Shown here: positions 28,201 through 32,000 of the stretch, in pieces | How positions within the stretch are numbered: position 1 is the first letter of the stretch | How the letters are laid out: every line of letters starts with the position of its first letter | Assembly: GCA_030668875.1 (NCBI GenBank) | Contig: DAOVER010000022.1 | Span: 1 to 32,000 of the forward strand | Direction: 5' to 3' | DNA: 32,000 bases | Origin: Candidatus Heimdallarchaeota archaeon | GTDB lineage: Archaea; Asgardarchaeota; Heimdallarchaeia; Heimdallarchaeales; Heimdallarchaeaceae | Translations under genes and position numbers: made by a program | The notes under the pieces: generated by a model | Seen by the model: only the letters and a program-made list of their open reading frames with translations | The model's database searches: none | What the model was told of the DNA's origin: nothing

Positions 28201-29686
28201 TAAAGAAGAGATTTTCAGCATAATGCGAGCGAACAATGATGAAGTCATGCTAAAACTACAAGAGACGATTAAAATAAATATTGATGAACACTCAGCGCTT
28301 GTAACAAATGTATCTTCTTCGATGGACAATAACATGAAAATCCTCCAATCAGAGTTTGAGGGGGCAAAAACTGCTTTAGATACTGATGTGTCCGTTACTC
28401 TAGATGAAGCTTCAGCAAGTTATGGTCAACAAACAAAAGTAGTGGGTGATGAAATCCAAAATGTTGTTGATCAAGAAGTACAAGCGTTCTTGGAGAATTC
28501 AGAAGGTTTGTTAGCAGATTTAAGCGTTTCACCTGAAAAAGCATCATCACTAGATAATGCAATTAATAAAGCAAAAACAGAACTCAATAAAATTACTGAA
28601 GCTTACCCCGAGTGGTTAGATGTTGATAACACTAAATATGCATCAGATCTTAATTCAGCAATAAGTGATTATCATACTCATGCACAAACAATTTTAGATG
28701 AATTATACGAAGAAACTAGAAAAGACCTGGAAAAAGTCTATGCGAACATTTCAAGTGAATATGATAAAAGTATAACTTCTGTTGAAGAAGCATTTGAGAA
28801 AGAAGGCAATGACTTCAAGTTGAATGTTAGTCATCAAATTAATTCGCTAGTATCAAATTCAGATTCCAATTCTTCAGCTTTAGTGACAAATATCCAAAGT
28901 ACAAAAGATTCGTTACTTGATGCTTCATCTTCAGTTCATGAGATAGTAGATGTAGATCTTAAAGGAGTTGAGAAAGCTGTTGAAGATATCTTTGAGACAT
29001 TCAATGGAGTTATAGTTGATAAAATGGAAAAAGCTTTGGAAAATTCTAAAGCATCTAAATCAACCAAAGAAGAATATGCATCAAAACTGCAAACATTCAA
29101 AGAAGAATTCATCTCAAATTCATTAAAGGAAATAGATAACGTAGATGTGAATATCACAGGTATTCTAAAATCAATCCCATCAAAGATCGACATTGTTTTG
29201 GAAGCTACAGGAGAATCAATGAAATTACTTAGAAGTGTTCTCAATTTAGGTAAGGGTGTTGAACCTGCCCCTATTGAAGACATCTGGCTAGTACATGGAA
29301 GAGAACAAACATTTTCCACGATGATGTCACTTCTAAGGAATACAAAATCTTCTGCTACTATTATCAGTCCTGCTTTGAGCTGGATTGATGCTGAATTCTT
29401 AGATACTTATGGAAGGAAACTAGAAATAGTAACCAATACTACAACACATACTGAAGCCGATAATACTATCTTAGATAAGTTACTAGGAATGGGGAATGTC
29501 ATAGTGAAAGATGACCATCAATTGACTGCTTATATGGGCACAAGAGATGGTATTGAGGAAGGATTTCTAGGACATACTACAGCATCTGGAGAACCTGTTT
29601 TAATCGTAACTTTCAATGAAGATCTGGTTAAAGAAATAACTAAAATCTTTTATGAATTCAGAAGTAAAAAACAAATCAGAAAATAG
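25271..29686 (+). CDS. Giant TrmB-like protein: N-terminal wHTH, ~1250-aa helical rod, C-terminal PLD-like/TrmB effector domain
   Basis: LEKIGLSQDEIQVY...LDSLVTKGYI...YFIPLPP is a TrmB wHTH pattern. C-terminal IWLVHGREQ...LLRNTKSSATIISP...RDGIEEGFLG resembles the TrmB middle/PLD-like fold. ATG 25271 preferred over GTG 25262. Confidence 0.8.
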   Translation: MESTLEKIGLSQDEIQVYSTVVQFGTRTIGQIQSYYKQSAEIISSALDSLVTKGYIKEIKARNTEGTSYFIPLPPQIKLTEDVSMRLENELKALSDDVKNDWNNTMKTFRGQLSTFHNQITESTDNHSQELSGISNQFLDSVSEVVTTGKNDIQEAITKIKTDTGTISTTHSDNLKKSIQRIQDNISSTFDTTIHRVGEHHENFKTKIQETYTNLETEHTARAQGQLDGIIEKVEGIKINVNTLLEQFNSKADEKKSLIVENTSEVNKKLISDSKLITKESTTKSIETINKIVSDYQTNLDEYQTKVKSILSSLNEELKKLEDLTSNRIKDAIEKAKDSAISVLGQNETQFQDLLSKIKTLSVEKLGELISQTETTTSDMKNKLVGNLNDYLNDFEKNSDSLLTLLQEGINSGLTLFEDTLSKSIENVSDQIKTFFGEIMADFDALKLSINEDLQKSLTDFVNLSSSQKEDMNKKIKELNSSLSTSIQESIQQSNTKLTDVATEISTEADKALASIKKKEQASLKKLETDVLANQEIMVTFLSNTISTFELSSSEYVTDISSTIDKYSKKMNESKKQFTSTHKEFKENFLAHLNELKTTALSDIKENIDDNTNTVNNFMDTKNEEIKTRIVSFSEDFAKKGRDVRDEVPNLVQINYQSSLESVQELDDQFKTAVAKLTEINEAFQDLDQKQLQKVFGKEAGPRMAHLIGTMSADVNNLKYNTESKIDEVIKTFTSSMESLSTDIFNKMNNHIDELSQLSDSEVKDISQKIEEAKGEITNQLKESLNSMKEHVTTIFTTYETSFAELQDTNTKALGSIVGNEDDSINSLKSKVEEATTNLTNHITEITAPEKVQGLYQGHIDTVTKNSNSFVSEVAKLIVNEKEKIDTSKNTILQTMNDSEQEMSKKLADTSKELEKTNKLITDNATNSFKAIINKTGKYLDGLIQAGETISDDEEGGVEKTKMQLLIEEGLQGLLSSKEEIFSIMRANNDEVMLKLQETIKINIDEHSALVTNVSSSMDNNMKILQSEFEGAKTALDTDVSVTLDEASASYGQQTKVVGDEIQNVVDQEVQAFLENSEGLLADLSVSPEKASSLDNAINKAKTELNKITEAYPEWLDVDNTKYASDLNSAISDYHTHAQTILDELYEETRKDLEKVYANISSEYDKSITSVEEAFEKEGNDFKLNVSHQINSLVSNSDSNSSALVTNIQSTKDSLLDASSSVHEIVDVDLKGVEKAVEDIFETFNGVIVDKMEKALENSKASKSTKEEYASKLQTFKEEFISNSLKEIDNVDVNITGILKSIPSKIDIVLEATGESMKLLRSVLNLGKGVEPAPIEDIWLVHGREQTFSTMMSLLRNTKSSATIISPALSWIDAEFLDTYGRKLEIVTNTTTHTEADNTILDKLLGMGNVIVKDDHQLTAYMGTRDGIEEGFLGHTTASGEPVLIVTFNEDLVKEITKIFYEFRSKKQIRK

Positions 29687-29693
29687 TTAACCT

Positions 29694-29712
29694 ATTTTCA
29701 TTTTTTTATTTT
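29694..29712 (+). terminator. Oligo-T terminator ending the three-gene operon
   Basis: TATTTTCATTTTTTTTATTTT shortly after TAG 29686. Confidence 0.5.
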
Positions 29713-29768
29713 AGCTTGCAGTAATCTGTAATCTTTTTATGTGAAGAGCCTTCAAGTTATGTAATAAG

Positions 29769-30143
29769 GTGCTAGTATTGTGGATAATGCAGCCATGTCC
29801 TTTACACAAAGAAGTTGACAACGAAACCTACTGCATTCTGGATGACGAATTTGATGATGTTATACTAATTAACTTTTTACACCCATTAGATTTGCAAAAA
29901 ATTGACTTAAGTGAGTTTCAAAACCCATCATACTGCATTAATGCTGTGATAGCTGATGAAGAGGATTTTGTTTTCTGCCCTACAAAGAATAAAAGAATAA
30001 AGATTGGAGATATGTCTATACCTCGCAAAATTTACATGAATGTGAGAGAAGTACTTCTATTTATGGATCCTGAAGCGCAAAGCTGTTCAGAATGTCTGTA
30101 CAAAGCTTTAATTGCGATGAAAAAAAGTGTAGAAGGGTTGTAG
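29769..30143 (+). CDS. Small Cys-rich hypothetical protein; start uncertain (29769, 29778 or 29787)
   Basis: ORF fills the gap; CPLH, YC, YC, FCP and CSEC motifs; TTTTTATG box upstream. Confidence 0.6.
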   Translation: MLVLWIMQPCPLHKEVDNETYCILDDEFDDVILINFLHPLDLQKIDLSEFQNPSYCINAVIADEEDFVFCPTKNKRIKIGDMSIPRKIYMNVREVLLFMDPEAQSCSECLYKALIAMKKSVEGL

Positions 30144-30147
30144 CTAA

Positions 30148-31155
30148 TTATTTACTAGCTACATAAAGAGCAAGATCTACCATTCTGTTTGAATAACCTG
30201 ATTCATTATCGTACCATGCGACAATTTTAACTTGATTTTTATGGCACATAGTTAAAGGTAAGTCCACTGTTGCTGATTGAGGTGCTCCATTGTAATCTAT
30301 AGAAACTAATGGTAAGCTAGAAACAGCTAAAATACCTTTTAGTTTACCTTTAGCAGCTTCTTTGAACATATTATTTATCTCATCAACAGATGTCTCTTTC
30401 TTCAACGTGTAAATGGCATCAATTAAAGATACATTTGGAGTAGGAACACGAATGGAAATTGCTTGTAACTTACCGTCTAAATGTGGTAATACTATGCCTA
30501 CTGCTGATGCAGCTCCTGTAGATGTAGGTATCATAGATAGAGTGGCTGATCTAGCTCTTCTCAAATCACTATGAGGAAGGTCAAGTAATCTCTGATCTGT
30601 GGTATAAGAATGAATTGTGGTCATAAACCCTGATTCAACACCAAAATTATCATCCAGTAATTTGGTAATTGGTGCATAACAATTAGTTGTGCAACTTGCA
30701 TTTGAAATCACCTTGTGTTCATCAGGATCAAACTGTTCTTCGTTTACACCAAGAACAAAAGTTGGTATAGGTTTAACCTTTCCTTTGTCTGGTGCAGAAA
30801 TAAGAACATATTTTACTCCTCTCTCCATGTGCTTAGAAGCTAGTTCATATGTTCGGAAAATGCCTACACATTCAAAAACGATGTCGACTTTCCAATCATC
30901 CCAAGGAATATTCGCGGGGTCTCTTTCTTTTGAAATTGGTATTTCAACACCTTTAACAATAATTGAATTTTCAGTGTGGCTTACATCATGCGAGAAAATT
31001 TTGTGAACACTATCATACTTTAACAGATGCTGTAATGTGCCTGCATCTGTGATATCATTAATCCCTACAACTTCGATGTTTGGATTATCATAAGCGGCTC
31101 TAAAAATCCCTCTACCTATTCTTCCAAATCCATTGATTCCAACTCTTAAAACCAT
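30148..31155 (-). CDS. gap: Glyceraldehyde-3-phosphate dehydrogenase, class I (bacterial/eukaryotic type)
   Basis: VGINGFGRIGR, SNASCTTNC, TTIHSYT.DQ, DLRRAR, PTSTGAA, RVPTPNVS, WYDNE. ATG 31155 follows GGTGA. Confidence 0.97.
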   Translation of the reverse strand: MVLRVGINGFGRIGRGIFRAAYDNPNIEVVGINDITDAGTLQHLLKYDSVHKIFSHDVSHTENSIIVKGVEIPISKERDPANIPWDDWKVDIVFECVGIFRTYELASKHMERGVKYVLISAPDKGKVKPIPTFVLGVNEEQFDPDEHKVISNASCTTNCYAPITKLLDDNFGVESGFMTTIHSYTTDQRLLDLPHSDLRRARSATLSMIPTSTGAASAVGIVLPHLDGKLQAISIRVPTPNVSLIDAIYTLKKETSVDEINNMFKEAAKGKLKGILAVSSLPLVSIDYNGAPQSATVDLPLTMCHKNQVKIVAWYDNESGYSNRMVDLALYVASK

Positions 31156-31258
31156 ATTACTCACCAGTATTGAACTCTATTGTAAAAACTAGCATTTAAA
31201 ATTTCCTACATCAATATGAGTGAGTAGTAAAAATAAAAGAAATAAAAGAAAAACATCC

Positions 31259-31990
31259 CTATTTTTCTTGTGTAATCTGTTTTTCTTCTTGCTTCTTCTT
31301 TTTTGCTTCAAGTCTTTGTTGTTTCTTTTCTTTTCTTCTCTTCTTATTTTCTTCGTATTCTTCATCAGACATAGTAGAAACACCATGAACAAAAGAGAAG
31401 AACCATGTTGAGAATACACCTATTAATAGGAAAAGTATCAATGAAGCGAACAATGCATATCTCATAACATCTAACCCATCCCAACCATTAACTAGATCCC
31501 CATCTCTGTATAGGAAATACTTACTTATACCAAGATATAAGGAGAAAATAGAAAATAGTAGAGTAAGAATTGACTGGATAAGAACATTGAGCCAGAAGAA
31601 TTTTTTAGTTCTGTTTTCAATATACCTTTGACCAACCAAATGCTTCAAAACGAACTCTTCACGCAAATAATCATGGAAACGTTTTGGTAGTATAAAGACT
31701 TTCTTGAGAGCTTGTTTAATCCTTTCGAATAAGGTTGATCTTTTAGCGAAGTTGTAAATGAGGATTCCCAATCCTGATAAAATGATTAAAGCACCTAGTA
31801 GAACAACCGCTGTTATCCAATCGTGACCAGTTAAAGCTGAGGTTATTGGAACAATAATCAATTCATAAAAGAAATCCATAAAAATTACTTGAAGTAACCA
31901 CCAAATTCCTTCACCAATTACGACAAATATTTGACCTATTGCTGCCCAGAATTGATCATTGAGGAATAAATCAATTATGTCGTCAAACAC
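31259..31990 (-). CDS. Hypothetical membrane protein with highly charged C-terminal tail; may start beyond the window edge
   Basis: Several hydrophobic helices and a K/E/R-rich tail; frame stays open to base 32000. Confidence 0.7.
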   Translation of the reverse strand: MFDDIIDLFLNDQFWAAIGQIFVVIGEGIWWLLQVIFMDFFYELIIVPITSALTGHDWITAVVLLGALIILSGLGILIYNFAKRSTLFERIKQALKKVFILPKRFHDYLREEFVLKHLVGQRYIENRTKKFFWLNVLIQSILTLLFSIFSLYLGISKYFLYRDGDLVNGWDGLDVMRYALFASLILFLLIGVFSTWFFSFVHGVSTMSDEEYEENKKRRKEKKQQRLEAKKKKQEEKQITQEK

Positions 31991-32000
31991 TTGAAAATAA

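Noticed and set aside
23810-29686. SMC/Rad50, myosin-like, chemoreceptor or tape-measure annotation for the coiled-coil proteins
   Set aside because: No Walker A/B or signature motif, hinge, zinc hook, MCP hairpin or TM segments, and no viral genes nearby.
31189-31419. Short Lys/Phe-rich ORFs at 31189-31419 (-) and 31220-31411 (+)
   Set aside because: Alternative frames of the low-complexity charged tail of the 31259-31990 gene.
1-32000. tRNA, rRNA, CRISPR arrays, IS elements and the remaining short overlapping ORFs in the track
   Set aside because: Intergenic gaps are short and AT-rich with no cloverleaf or regularly spaced repeats; no transposase or integrase motifs; the short ORFs lie within well-supported genes.

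Overview
AT-rich archaeal chromosomal window, most likely Asgard (Heimdallarchaeia-like). That assignment is inferred from the C-terminal sorting tails, an MglA/Arf-like GTPase, TTTAWA-type TATA boxes, GGTGA Shine-Dalgarno motifs, a type II Map and a DUF61 gene. It holds about 23 CDS: a 5'-truncated M30-like surface metallopeptidase, an MglA-like small GTPase, a ParM/Ta0583-like actin-fold ATPase, psd-pssA, two tandem ~1000-aa S8 proteases, a PhzF-family protein, an extended SDR, dnaK-dnaJ, a zinc-ribbon membrane protein, DUF61, an M24-fold hydrolase lacking metal ligands, map, a small wHTH protein, a three-gene operon and a bacterial-type (class I) GAPDH. I saw no rRNA, tRNA, CRISPR array or mobile element. 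The best candidate for an undescribed system is the operon at 22036-29686. It encodes a STAND-like ATPase with helical repeats, a proline-free 482-aa hendecad coiled-coil protein, and a 1471-aa TrmB-like protein whose wHTH and PLD-like domains are separated by a ~1250-aa hendecad rod. Secondary leads are psd-pssA beside CTERM-tailed proteases (possible ethanolamine-lipid anchoring), site-1-protease-like architecture of the S8 pair, and a triple GAA-N-TTC palindrome over the dnaK promoter. All family calls come from motif recognition by eye; no database search was run.
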